Assembly (NCBI GenBank): GCA_030141605.1
Contig: JAQGDQ010000004.1
Location: 248,001 to 312,000 of the forward strand
DNA length: 64,000 bases
Source of the DNA: Tubiluchus corallicola
Lineage: Eukaryota; Animalia; Priapulida
Direction: 5' to 3'
The translations under genes were made by a program, and so were the position numbers. This document shows positions 40,191-59,120 of this stretch, piece after piece. Below the pieces are notes generated by a model. The model was not told the DNA's origin. It worked only from the letters and a program-made list of their open reading frames with translations, and searched no databases. How positions within the stretch are numbered: the stretch's first letter is position 1; each line of letters begins with the position of its first letter.

Positions 40191-40827
40191 AAGTTTATTC
40201 TTTTTCTCCACACAATATTTTTACTTCGCTTTTTAATTATTATAAATAGTTTGAACTGCAGCTACCTAAAATTTGGGATTGCCTGTTACCGGATTATAGT
40301 AAAGCTTAAATAAGCAAGCGGGACTACAAGAACATCCTTGACTTTAGGGTTATAACGTGCCTGGTCATACAATTAAACGACTGTGGGTACTAACTAGAAT
40401 AATTATGTACAAAGAGGATAAATACCGTGTACAAATAGGCGTCCAATTTGCTTTCCTCCACCTTTTAACCCTGCACATATAGATCAGCAAGAAAAACAGA
40501 AAGAACTGTAACTTACTTTGGGTTACAATAAGTATTGGTCTTGTATACACAATATTGTATTACTATTGCACGGACAATATTCTTAACAAATTTTAAAATT
40601 ATACAAAAGTTTTGGTAAACTCAGTTTAAAAGATCTAGCTGGAATGCAGAGAAGTTTATATGCATGAGTCAACCACATTACAGGCAACAGCTTGTTATAT
40701 AAGTTTCACCTAACTGTAACTAAATAAATTGAATGCGCAGAACTGCTAACACTTTTCTGTTAGCAGTGCAGGGCAGTGATATGTTATTATTCTGTATTTT
40801 TGTTCTATATAACTTCTAAATAATTAA

Positions 40828-41733
40828 GAGATTGGGAGACGTACAATAGTGTGGTAACCAGTGACCACTGGTCAAGGGGGAAAGGGCAGTGGGCGTCGGT
40901 CAGTTTTTCCTTTAGGTCGCATCTCCTCCTATAGCTTTCGGTTTTTTCCAATTTTTTTTCACAAGCATTTGGGCACTGTGGGGCAGGTGTGCACCTAGGA
41001 TTTTAAAAAGCTGACAAGCTGTAAACGCCCGAGGGATGGGCCAAAATGCAAAATTTGGGTCCCCCAATTGGTGACCTTATACATGCTGAGGGCTAGGGAC
41101 ACATAACTCACAGGGTACACTCTCTGGGCAAAGTTATCTGTGCATACATGTGACTAGAGTTGTCGGGTCAAAGGTCACGGAGCGGGCGTAAATCCATCTG
41201 CTCCTACAGTTTTGAGCTAGGGCCACAATATTTGGTATGTTGCTAGGTGGTGTCGAGGCCTTGCACATCACAAAATATGGGACGTGCGCGTATTTTCCGC
41301 TAGAGGGCAAAAACCTAAAAATGGGGGTCGGGAACAAAAGTGCATCGAGTGTTAAGCAATGGTACCTTGCAGCATACCAAATGAAAGGTCTCGATGAGGC
41401 GGATCGAACGGCATAGGTTACAATGAGAACAGTCAATCCGCGAGCCCGCTAGGGGAAAAACCGAAAAATGGGGCTCAGGAACAGAAATGCACCGAGTGTC
41501 TACGAATAGTGTCATGTAGCATAACAAATGAAATGTATGTTCTTGTGTATCAAATGAAAGGTCTCAATGAGACAAACTGAATGATATAAGTTGTGCCAAG
41601 ATTGTTGACCTTTGACCCAGGGGTGATGGGCTGAACAGTTGAATGCTGAGGTTTCATTGTGAAATGCACTTTCCATGTATTCAAGCAATTCAATAAAAGA
41701 AAATAAGCACTTTCAAAAAAAAGCTGTCATCTC
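40828..41733. mobile_element. Unclassified non-autonomous DNA or rolling-circle element with an internal repeat of about 150 bp
   Basis: GC-richer island bounded by TTAA-GAGAT...ATCTC-TTAA; two diverged internal units (near 41298 and 41447) each carry CAAATGAAAGGTCTC; subterminal hairpin ACCAGTG-AC-CACTGGT near 40857. Confidence 0.6.
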
Positions 41734-42960
41734 TTAATTTTTAAGTCTTTATTTCACAACTATTGTTTGCAAAATCTTCAGGTTCTGACTACGTCAGAAA
41801 CATTGTCAACTAGTTCAAATTGTTAATTATATATTTCCATAGACCAATAGGATTATGCCATAAAATTAATAAAACATTAACGTCACTGCTAGAAGAACAG
41901 CTGAAGACCTAGATAAACTTTAGTTAAGAAACAATAGTCCTTCAGCCAAATCCCACAAGGAAAGGCTAGAAAAGATTTTTCTTCTAAAAATGTTTACACG
42001 ACGTAATCGATGTAATTTCAGCAAGCCGCAGCATGGCCTCTGGGCAGAATGATAACGCACTATTCATTCCTCACTATCTTCAGTTAATACATTCTTTCAA
42101 GCAGGTATCTTCATTTGAACATTTACGCACAGCGCGCGCTCTATTAGCAAAACTAGTTAAAAGCAGCCAACCTTGCTCCTACTGACCCCGGGATTTAATA
42201 CATATGACCTTGTAGTCCTAACTGTTAAGAATATACATCAAACCTGTACACAGTCTGCTCCCAAATGCTCATAGAATCGTTCATAGATGCCCTTGTGGCT
42301 CTGAAGAGCCACGTGAAGAGTACTGCACGAGGCACGTTTGGTTTAATTAGCCAGCTAGGTCAACTTGTCACTGTAAGACTTTGCCTAGTCTAGTCTCATC
42401 TGTAATTTTAGAAGCTGACTTCCCATTCTGCTAGTATTCTAAACAAGTATATATACGTAATTAATATTTTATACTTGCCAGATAGGGTTTTCGGCTCAAA
42501 ATTCTCAATGGCAAATATATCACGGTGTAGAATAAAAGTAACTGTGACTCCATATTTCCCAGGTCCAAATCGACTTTTTATTGGCCCAAAACTTCACCCA
42601 GCCTTGTTTCTGTGTGACAGCGTGATCGGCTACCATCACGTACGGGTTCCATCACGTACCATAATATTACTGCGTTCAATATCATCAATCTTATTTCTGA
42701 GATTTATTAGCCACATTTTCTTGCTTTCAATAAACTTGACAATCTATTCAAGTGTGCTTCAAATATTCAAGAAAACCTAAAATGTAGATAAATTAAACAG
42801 GTCTTCTATCACACAAATGAAGGTTTACCAAAAAAATGTTGACCAGCAGCAGATAAAAATTTCAACAGTTAAGTTTTAAAACTAGCTCCACAAAATAAAC
42901 ATAAATGCTGAGTTATAAACTTATTGATTTTTTTTAGATTGATGACACTTTGGGAAAGTA

Positions 42961-45900
42961 ATGAATCAACTTTGTCGGGTGTGTGGAGAGGAGGCAGCTG
43001 GATTTCATTTTGGAGCTTTTACCTGCGAAGGGTGCAAGGTAAACACAGCCAAAATAAAGTTATATTTAAATTTTCCATTGAAAATGGAAGCAAAAAAGCC
43101 CCGTGGTTTTGTGCACTGCGCAGATAATTTGTGATAAGTTATTTTCATCCTGTGAGACATAATTAAGTAATCAACTAGAAAAGCCTGCCAACTTACCGCA
43201 ACGCTGAGCTATTGTTACTTTCTCCCCTACTTACTAGTGGTAGGTCTAAGCTTTGAGCGAGATCACTGATCATGCATTGTGTGGGATGGTCTGCGTCGTG
43301 ACAAAACTCTTTGACAAATTATAAAGAAATCACACTGAAGCAAATATATTACCACATGACTTTAAAATTATCTGTGACACTGTGACGTATTGTATGTTCT
43401 CTGGTCTTTCTTTCTAAGTCATCAGATAATATGAACATACTAAGCATGTTACTTTGCGCCACTTGAATCTTACTTTGTTAATCATATATTTTTTGTGACC
43501 TTTTATCTTTGACATCTTAATTATATCTCATACATCAGCTTTGTTATTATGTTACTTACAAGACTATTTTGTGTCTAATGTTTTTTTATGCACAGTCATT
43601 TTTTGGAAGAACACATGACAGTTTAGAAAGTCTAGCGCCTTGCAAGAACAACAATGCCTGCGTCATTTCCAAAACAAACAGAACAGCGTGCAAGAGATGT
43701 CGCCTAAGAAAATGTATAAATGTCGGAATGTCTAAAGCAGGTAAAACATCAAACAGTACTAATGATCAAATGAACAGGAGCTTCGTTTTGAATGCCTCCA
43801 AACACTAACAAAAAGTCATGTTTTAATTTTTTGGCCGCAAGAACATATAATTTTTAATTGCACAACTGACACTATGGAATTCGGATTTGCGCATTGTTAA
43901 TTCACAAAAAGAGAAATAACGGGCTCTTACGCTTATAATACTAGCGCTGCAGTTGTAGTTTTGATAAACTTTTGCACATTATTGGGCTGTGTACATTACG
44001 TGTCTCGACCTCAACTGGAGATGTTTATATGCGCAGTTCACTTTCCAAACTTCATATTATTTTGATTTCCAATTTCCGAATTTGTCACCAAATCTCTTGA
44101 AAGATGGTGGTAGCAAAGAAACAATAAAAATGGTTTATTTTCGTTAATTTGTTTTTCTTTTATCTCTTTTGTATTATTTTTGTGTTTAGCGGTGCCTCAT
44201 TATAAGACAATACCTTTTTCTCACGATTTACTGTTGTGTTAGGCTAAAAGTTGCGCAATTAAAAATTGCCCGCCGGCAAATTCTCGTTGAAAATAGTACA
44301 TTACGAAAAAGTTGGGCAACTAAAAGTTTGAATCGAGATTGCAACTTTTAGTTGCACAATTTTTAGTTGGATATGTGTCTGCGCGTTCTCAAAGATTTCA
44401 GTTATTTATTGTGTAATTGACAGTTAGATGTCTGTGCGGGGCCCTACTAATGTCCCAACGACGGCGGCCAGAATTACAGGAAACACTTTCATGACATAAA
44501 GGAAATTTTGCACAGCAAAGCAATTCTGATTACCATGCATCTAAAAGATTTGAAATAAAACACAAGAATCTCTTTTTTCAGACTGAATTTCTTTAAGAGT
44601 TAATAAAAAAAGGCAAATTACCAAACTCATAAGACAATGCTAACCAAACGCGAATATGCTGTCTTAGCAAGTGTACCTACATCTGAAGTAATCATAGAAA
44701 CGGGCACAAAAAACGATTGACGTTGAATATTCGTTTATATCTACAATTCCTCATTACTTTATAATTGCAGGCTCCAGATTTGGCCGAAGGTCGAACTGGT
44801 TCAAAGTCCACTGTCAAATACAAGAAACTCCCAGCAGTGCTTCTGGTGATCAAAACCATCAAGACACAACAATTAGCGAACTTGCACGATATGCGGCTAA
44901 AGATGTGGCTACAGACAACAAGTTGGAAACAAAAAGCATTGATAGTGGAATACATAGTCCTGAGTGGGACAACTTCATTGGTAACCGATCTCCACAGCAC
45001 ATTTATGCTGGAGGTAGAAGATCATCACCACATACATCGCCAACACGATGCAGGGAACAATATTCGCCAAAAGTTGATGCCCACAAATCAACGTCCCGAA
45101 AAAATGCACCACAGATAAGTCCTGGCGGAATGAAGAGGTTGTCCTTGAATGAGTCGTTTCCTCCAAATCCACCCATAAATCCATTATTCACATCATCATC
45201 ATCTCAGGGACCCATGTACATGTCACCAATGTTTCCTGCATCAAAAATGTACTACAAGCCCAGTCGACCAGTACAGTACCCGGTGCCAAAGATAATGCCA
45301 GCAATGTACCTTTGTAGAACACCATACTACGGTACTTATATGCCATCTATAATAAGGAATGCGGCAAGACCATGGTTGCCGTTTCCACAACCAAATGTGT
45401 CAGAACGTGAACTAAACCACACAGAAACATCACAGCAGTCACGCAAGCTGTCGAAATCTGACCACTGTGAAATGTGCTCAGAAAAGGCACATAATCGCAA
45501 GTCTCCTTATCCTCAACAGTGTATACATAAAATACCGCAAGAAAGAACTACGATGCCAGTTAATGGGGCTGCTGCAGAACTATCTGACCAACCGCTTGAT
45601 CTTTCCAAGACATCACCTGCATTTTCTAATGCTTACATATCAGGTGATACAAAAGCAACTGAAATGCCATTGGATTTGTCGACAAAATCCAAACAGACCA
45701 CCCAGATAGAATATACCATCTCTAAATCTTCCACAAGACAAAAAGGAAAAGCAAAATGGGAGACACCCAAATTTCGTGCGATAAAGGAATACTATCGGAA
45801 GAAATCTGAAGAGGATGCAACTAACGAACCCATTGTAACAACAGAAAGTACAGAGTTAGAAACAATACAAGATTATCCCAAGTGCTCAAAATCCGATGAA

Positions 45901-45963
45901 ACAATTTTTGGTTGCCAGGAAACTTTTCCTGCCGAGTTGACTTTACGAAGCACACTCGTGTAG
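42961..45963 (+). CDS. NR0A: Knirps/knirps-related/eagle-like nuclear receptor (NR0A): C4 zinc-finger DBD and kni-box, no ligand-binding domain, about 471 aa
   Basis: Exons 42961-43038, 43596-43740 and 44771-45963 (1416 nt): [26 protein letters not shown]|[48 protein letters not shown]|[23 protein letters not shown] and [14 protein letters not shown] are diagnostic of NR0A. Two PLDLS motifs lie in the tail. Confidence 0.93.
44242..44369. mobile_element. Small foldback MITE-like element in NR0A intron
   Basis: CTAAAAGTTGCGCAATTAAAAATTGC on the left is an imperfect inverted repeat of GCAACTTTTAGTTGCACAATTTTTAG on the right. Confidence 0.5.
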
Positions 45964-48900
45964 CTAGTGTAACAAATTTAGGAAATGTGATCAATTTTAG
46001 TGATTCAAAAACAGCTGTGGTAGACTGATTTAGCATCTGTGATATATTTTAATAAGATAGTTACGGTTATGAATTGTAAGTTTGTATATTAATAATGCAT
46101 CAACAGTTTTCGAAGCATCAGAGGAAATGAATGGCAGTACATTATTACTTTTAAATGCCTCAAAGGAACTAAACTCATTGGGTAATTATTACTGACTAGC
46201 CATTATTTGTTCCTACAGTTTGTTAAGTTTCCCTAACTGCCTTAATTGTCATTACATTTAAACACACACTGGGTTAGTAAGGTCATTAAAATTAAAGTTA
46301 CTCATTAATGTTCAAATTCATCCACTGACATTCAAAACTAAGCAGCTAAATTTGTAGTTTTATTTTTGTATGTCATTGTTATTAGTTTATAGCTTTGTTG
46401 ACCTATCATGTAGGTCAGGAGATGCATGGCTTGTAGCATTATGATCATTGTCATTATTTGTCTCCGTATCACTATAATATCTGACAGCCTTTGGCCTAAA
46501 CAGACGTCTATAACATTATCACTCACTGTAGATACCACCCAAACTCATATGTCAATATCAGTATAAATATACATACACATTTTGCGTGAGGTATGACAAA
46601 CTGATGGCACAAATTATAATTAAGAGTTGCACATTGTAATACATATACCTGCACAGTCCCAAAAAACATTTCTACTGTATTTCAAATAGCGTAATTCATA
46701 CATAGTAGTCTGACGTTTGGTTTCAGTATTATTAGTACATAAACTGCTGAGAAATGTTCCTGGCTATTTCTAATGCCTACATCTACACACTTCGTGAAAC
46801 TTCATAGCTGCTTAAAAATGGTTTTACATATTGAATCACTATAATGTGTGAGAAACATTTGTTGTTTACTTTCAAAAACATGTTAGTTTTTTCTTATGAA
46901 TCACAATTATGAAATTTCCAATGCCGTCCAATTATTATTGTTAACGTTAAGTAAAACCGTCGGCAAACCATTCTTATTGATGCAAAATCATGCGCTAGTT
47001 TGATTTACTGTACAGTAAGCAACACTGCTTGTAATTTATTTTTGTAAACAGGATTGTAGATTATAGAAGTTTTAGTATGTCTGTGATTTAGTGATACTCA
47101 TTAGTAATCATCATAACATAGAAAGAATAAATGAGGTGCTAAAACGAATGATATCTTTATCAGGGGTGAGCAACTGTGATTTTGTTATATTGTGACTTGT
47201 CAGAAACAGTTGTGTGAGTACAATAATTGTGTGCAGTGATAGTAATTTTTTAAATTTGTCGAAAAGCTTTTTAAGGTACGTGCTCATTGTTTAAAGGATT
47301 TGCCAACCCAAATCGTTAAAAATTTTTCCACCTATAAAAGACAAAAATTTATTTTATTATACTAGGTAATTTTTTGCATTGCATTAACATGCTATCACAG
47401 CTAGTAAGTGGTTCCAACTAGATTGTGGAACTTTAGAAAAGCATTTGAATTGTTGAATAATGTATTGGTGTTCGTGATCATTATCTTAGTTAATGACAAT
47501 CATGTGAACATTATCATCGTTTACTCGTTTCTCATAAAACATGATAGTAGTTAAATGTTGCCCAACATTTTCTTATGAGCTGGTATCCTCCATATCAATA
47601 GAGTTATTTGTTGCATTTGTTTGTCACTCACCATAATCATTTTAATGTCAAATAAAATTTTAGTTGGAGAAAATGCTGTTAACGTTTCAAGTCTCCGTGC
47701 TGAACTCATACTGCAAGTATTCTATCCACATTAATGATTATTATGTTCGGCTATAAAAATCGGTGATCAGCTGGGATGACCACAGACAAACACTACCTGT
47801 CATAGGTAATGAGGTCATCAATATACTTTGGCAAAAACACTCGACTATTCACTTTATGAATAAAGCGAATTTAGTAATAAAACCAACAATGTTCTAAACC
47901 TAAGTTTTTCCCTTTGTGAAAAATTTAACAATTTTTTTGTACTAATTGTGATTAACCAGTATTGTGAACGATAATAGGCTTAATCACTTCACTACCCAGA
48001 AATGCCAAGAAACTGGTCGCTAAGAAATTGTGACGTTTTCATACACTACATATATCGCCACTGATTGTTCGCAACCTTACATCGATTTATGATAATTATT
48101 TTGCAATGTAAGTTATATAAAATGCATTTGATTAATCAATGAAAAGAAAACATTAAAATAGAAGTGAAACCTCTCAACGAGATACAGTTGTATTACTCAG
48201 TTAAATGTTCATTCACGCAAGGGAGGGAGCATATTGTTTTTTTCAAGAATGACTCACATGAAAGAATAATTACTGCAGAAGCACAATTTCACATTTGCAC
48301 AGCTAGTTCTTCACAGTTACATGCATTTCGCCATTTGTTAGATAGATGGACACAGTACCTGCACCTCAGAACTTTGCTGTACCACCCAGTTTAGGTGTTT
48401 TCAGTTATGATGTGGCGCACTTGTTTGATAACTCACATGTTAGCACACCAGTAAACTTAAAATGTAAATTTATAACCTTAAAATTTGTGGAATTTTGTGT
48501 ATCACAGTAAATGTTGCAGTAGCACTGTGCTTCAAGTTTCGCTTTCCCAAAGACATGTAATATGCTCATGGAATGTTTGTACTGTTGAAAATTATGTTCA
48601 GTTTTGGCGTCATCACTAGCTTGGCTCCCCGGCAGTTTTTAATCTATTAGTGAATTATCAGAAATACTTTGGCATTATCATAGGTCTTAAAATGTATACT
48701 GTTTACTGTACTTCAAAATGGGGTAGGTTTTGAAAAATCATTCTGTTTACTTTTAATGATTATGTCACTGCTTGGTACGTTTTATCACTACAGGATTTTT
48801 CCATGCGCATTTCACACATTATGCGAAAGCAAAACCTGCAATGCAGCACTTTGACGCAAAACACAAAAATTTGGTAAATTTCGAGTTCACAGTTCCAAAC

Positions 48901-49540
48901 TTCAGGTTTTTCGCTGGGCTAATGAGTGATTTAATGAGACCTCAGTGATCTGATTGTGTAGTTACCTGTAGTTTTACAAAATTAGCACAGGAATTACTTT
49001 TTCAGTTACTGAGAATTGCTGAGAAATGTGCATTGTTGTCTATATAAATGTATAACTGGAAGTGCACGACAATAAAAAAATTAATGAAATTAGACTTCCT
49101 AGATAATAATTGTTTAATGCAAGTTCTTAAAAATGTTTGCTGCTCTGCCAATGCTTTCCTTTATTGTGTAGATCATTTTGAACTATGGTCTAGAATTGGG
49201 TGCTGTGTTCCTTTAAACATTTTGAAAGCATTGCATTAAAAATACTTTGGTGGAAGCAGAACTTTTCAAGACCAACTGGAAATGCCCCCAAAACTATTAA
49301 TACAAGTTCCCTTAGGAAGAGAGCTTGAGTCTTGTGTTGAGATTGCGAATTAATCACAACTTATTATGAATGTCAGATAATTGGAACAGGTGGGATGAAA
49401 ACAATCCCATAAATTTAATCAAAAAAGTTGAGAAAACATTTATGTGTTAAGAAAATAACTCAAAAATAAAAAAAGTAACAAAAATCACCTCACTTAAAAC
49501 ATACCATTTATTTTCCTCGCTTAAATTTTACAAAAGAATT

Positions 49541-55517
<5,977 letters not shown>

Positions 55518-55570
55518 TTTCTATGAAAAGCCAAAGCGGAAAAGACCGAGCGTCGCACTCCCGGAAATAT
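55518..55570 (-). promoter_or_regulatory. RPS26 TCT initiator / 5'TOP and ETS-type site
   Basis: Minus strand GGTC(+1 near 55544)TTTTCCGCTTT polypyrimidine start just upstream of the ATG; CCGGAAAT at 55561-55568. Typical of metazoan ribosomal-protein promoters. Confidence 0.75.
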
Positions 55571-55990
55571 GCGCGAGGCAAAATTCACCCGCTGTAAGAC
55601 AAAATAGTTCGCACGTTCTTTTCGCACGGCCATTACACCCAGGGCGTTATTGCCTAAATGAAAGAAAATATTTATGAAAAATCTCCAATGAAGTAAGGCA
55701 TAGTACTAAGGCCAGCATTTTGTTGTGTAGTTATAGAATCTTTAGCACAAATCAAGTACTCTAACCGTTATTAGTCTTGCTTCGAAAATTATTATGACAA
55801 AATTTTATCAACAACCACTCAACCAGTATAAATACTGTTCAATCAGGCTACATTTTAATAATGTATTCGATTTTATTTATTTCGCAACAGTGCATACGCG
55901 AATTACTTAAAATAAATGACTAAAAGTATGAAATAAAGGTTAGCATACGACCAAGCAACCTCCTTTGACTACCCATTAATAATGAATGTA

Positions 55991-56961
55991 GGTAAAAGTG
56001 ACACTGAAAAACTGGCACAGGTAAAAATGACACAGATGGAAAAGTAGGTAAAAATGGTAGAGGTAAAATGGCACAGGGAAAAAATTTCAACTAAAAATGG
56101 CACACTTAGTAATATATGAATTTAAAGCTAGGCTTAATGAGGGGGATAATTATTTTTACCTCTGCCAAGAAAGTTCTGGTTCAACACAGTTTGTGTGCTT
56201 GTTTATGCGATTGTTTCTGTCCGTTATAGCAGTAAGAATAGCATGCAAAAACTACTTAACATATTTTCATGAAGCTTTCAGAACAAGGCGAATATAAATT
56301 GCTAAATGATCGGGCGTTTTTTATGCCCGATCATTTTTCACAAAACTTGACCGAACACCAAAAAAAATTCATGCAGCACTTCGTGGAGGTCTCAGAGGGC
56401 GTGTTTAGTAGTTTTTTATTATCTTCACCCGGTTGAACAACTACAAATTAGATCCAGGTTCAATTTCGTAACGCTGTCTATAGTCTTTGCTTATTAATGT
56501 GTATATATATGTAAACTCATACGTTGACTTGGTATGTAAATATGAATATATTTCGTCTATTATCACCACCAAAATTATTGGCTAAAAATGTAGATCAACA
56601 CTACGTGGAATATTCTTGAGTTATTGGTTGTAATTCTGTTGAACAAAACATTCTGTGAGTCTTTTGCGAGTCAATATAATATCAATACTGCTATATTTTT
56701 GTATGTTTGCTTGTTTATCCGTGTTTTATGTTTTTTTTAATTAAAAGAGTCAGACGAATAAGTTTAGGATTGTTTGGGTTTGGCAGAGACCTGCTTCCTA
56801 CTTAGCGCATTTTAGTTATATTATAGCAATCGATTGCATCAAAATAGCACTATGTCATTTTTCTACTTTCCATTTTGGCCATCTTTTCCTGTTCCATTTT
56901 TCCTTGTGCCATTTTTTCCTGCGCCATTCTTATCATGCCATTTTTGCAGTGCCATTTTACC
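55991..56961. mobile_element. Foldback (MULE-like) element with modular inverted arms
   Basis: Left arm (55991-56105) has tandem GGTAAAA(A)TGGCACA units; right arm (56850-56961) has the inverted TGTGCCATTTT(T)CC units. No convincing TSD found. Confidence 0.75.
56153..56820 (+). mobile_element. Helentron-associated (HINE-like) non-autonomous element nested in the foldback element
   Basis: Begins TTTTTACCTCTGCCAAG, then GTTTGT/CTGT microsatellite-like tract and CAAAAACTACTTAACATATTTTCATGAA; subterminal inverted copy TTGGCAGAGAC near 56780, ending TAGTT. Confidence 0.6.
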
Positions 56962-57869
56962 GAGAAAATATTGATTTATTGAGTAAAACCTTAATACTAT
57001 AGTATTAGCAAAACTTTACCAGAACAATGGCAAAAAGTATCTGTAAGACCAATATTACATAAAACTTTGAATAAGCATAATCTTAATGTCAAGTTCACAA
57101 AATGACCGTACATAACCGTTTGGAAGGGGGCAGGTACAAAAACAAGGCGCATTAGTACAGAACAATTTATTACATCACCGTGTTGCTCAAATTACAGAGA
57201 ATTTATCATGCTTTCAAGCCCTAGTGTGCTAGCACGTGCAGTGACGCAAAGAAATGCAGGTGTCTTACTATCTTATCCGTTTATTACTGATCAATTGAAT
57301 GTTTTTTGTGTCATCTTAGCGTCAGCTTTGTCATTCAGGATATTTCCAATGTATCTGACAAAAGACTAGATTTATTTTCCGTCACTCATTTAACAGACAC
57401 ATTAGCACCAACGACTAGTGATTAGCAAGAGCTGTTTAGCGACTTATACTTACAGCAACACAGGTAAGGACGCAACACACAAATAAAGAATGACATGTAT
57501 GGTATCTGAACCATGTAAACACATCTCGAAAATCTAAATCGCAACAATTGCAAAAATCTACATTTTCAGGACATGAAAATATTCCTATATCGCTTTACAG
57601 ATTAACCAAAAAATGTTGTTTTTCCTATAATAAAGTACATTATTGAAGGTACTTTTCTAATTGTTTAAAGATACGTGTAGTTAAGTTCATAAAAGTTATT
57701 CTTCAGTTAACTCCACTAACTACATGCCCACAATGTCTATGTCTATACGTGAGACGAGTGGGCTTTCACGCTAAATGCTGAGGGCACGTTAGATTCGCAA
57801 TTCGCAGCTAATTGAGCAATACTTTAATGCAATAAATTCTTCTGTACCGCTATTCGTTGTGCACCTCTA

Positions 57870-58027
57870 GCAAAAGGTTACGTACCACCAAATGAAGTTA
57901 TAACCAACAATTAACTAAATTTTGATACCAAACATGAAAGACAGGAAATGCGAGAATGATGTGTTGTAGCCTGGTTTGAACCGGGAGCTCTGCTTACATT
58001 AGAGACGTCTTAATTCACTAGGCCACC
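57870..58027 (-). repeat. tRNA-derived SINE copy
   Basis: Reverse complement GGTGGCCTAGTGAATTAAGACGTCTC...CCCGGTTCAAACCAGG has Pol III A box (TGGCCTAGTG) and B box (GGTTCAAACC) but no full cloverleaf. Confidence 0.65.
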
Positions 58028-58650
58028 CTTTTCCTCGGTGGTCGAGGCAATCCCATGTTCAAAATATATTTAGCTGGCAAACCAAATGCAGCATTTCCGA
58101 TGTTAGATTGCTCACCATAGAGGGATCCTAACTAAGTCCCTCTACATGTCTGGTACGCATTGCGCACTCTTACCTTCTCAGTTTCCTACTTACGTTTCTT
58201 CTCAATTTAGTAGTTGCTTTTGTTAATGTAATCTTGAGATAGGAATTTATTGTTTTGAGCTACTTTAGTATCTATGTACTGAAGTTGTAGAAGTTAAGTG
58301 TTGATGCAAGGTGATAAAGCTTGACTTAAATATGACTTAGAAAGTATAACCACTTTCTAGCTTTGGGTGGCACGACAGAATAGAAACTGTGTATACTCAC
58401 GGGTGGTAATGGCTTCAATGACATCACAATGACGTCAAACTTTTCATTTTATCTTTTATGTGATCTACTATCTATTTATAACCTTTCTATTACTTATTTG
58501 AACTTATTTTCTTAAACACACTCATTGCGGCTATTCCAGTTAAAAACCTGATAATTATATCACTTGGTAGACAAAACATATTTTAAGCATGGACTAGGGC
58601 CGCTAGGTTTAGATAAAATCTCAAAAATTTGATGTAGCGTCTTTATCAAC

Positions 58651-58664
58651 ACATAGATGGCGCG
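58651..58664 (+). promoter_or_regulatory. CTCF/YY1-like motif upstream of the 58838 exon
   Basis: ACATAGATGGCGCG; AGATGGCG is a core for both factors. Motif match only. Confidence 0.3.
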
Positions 58665-58837
58665 ACGTATGACCGGCTAATCAGCAGTATTAGAAACCAG
58701 GCTGCTGCTGCTAGTTACAATGTATCGGATTCGTAGCTATAGTAAACGTTCTACGACTGTGTTGCAATGTAACACAAGTTTCCCGAACATCTCTATAATT
58801 TAGACTCATAAAATTTAGATTTAAGAGCAATTATTAA

Positions 58838-59120
58838 ATGAAACGCATCATGTTTTCTGCAAAGACAATTACTAATGTTGTGACTTTTTTCCTGTTAATG
58901 GAAACCGTATACTTTATGAAGCTGTGTACAGGTGAAAATGAAAAGTCAAGAATTAACGGTGTACGAAGTTACGTAGAAACAGCTGATTATGACAGTATTA
59001 TAGAACCTGATATTCCGGAGCCAAAAAAATCCGAAATAGATGAAAATAGTGAAGAAAATACAGAAACAGCGAAGAATGAAACTGATAAAGCTGAAAAGCC
59101 AAAAGGAGTTCCTGAAAAAG
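58838..59120 (+). CDS. Probable first coding exon of an unidentified secreted or membrane protein
   Basis: ATG, hydrophobic stretch (VVTFFLLMETVYFMKLCTG), then a Glu/Lys/Asp-rich segment ending at donor AAAAG|GTTAGT (phase 1). No downstream exon identified in the window. Confidence 0.6.

Noticed and set aside
55991-56105. CRISPR-like repeat array
   Set aside because: Eukaryotic context; short degenerate units without unique spacers, mirrored as an inverted arm, so a transposon terminus.
57961-58027. Functional tRNA gene
   Set aside because: A and B boxes are present but acceptor and anticodon stems do not pair properly.
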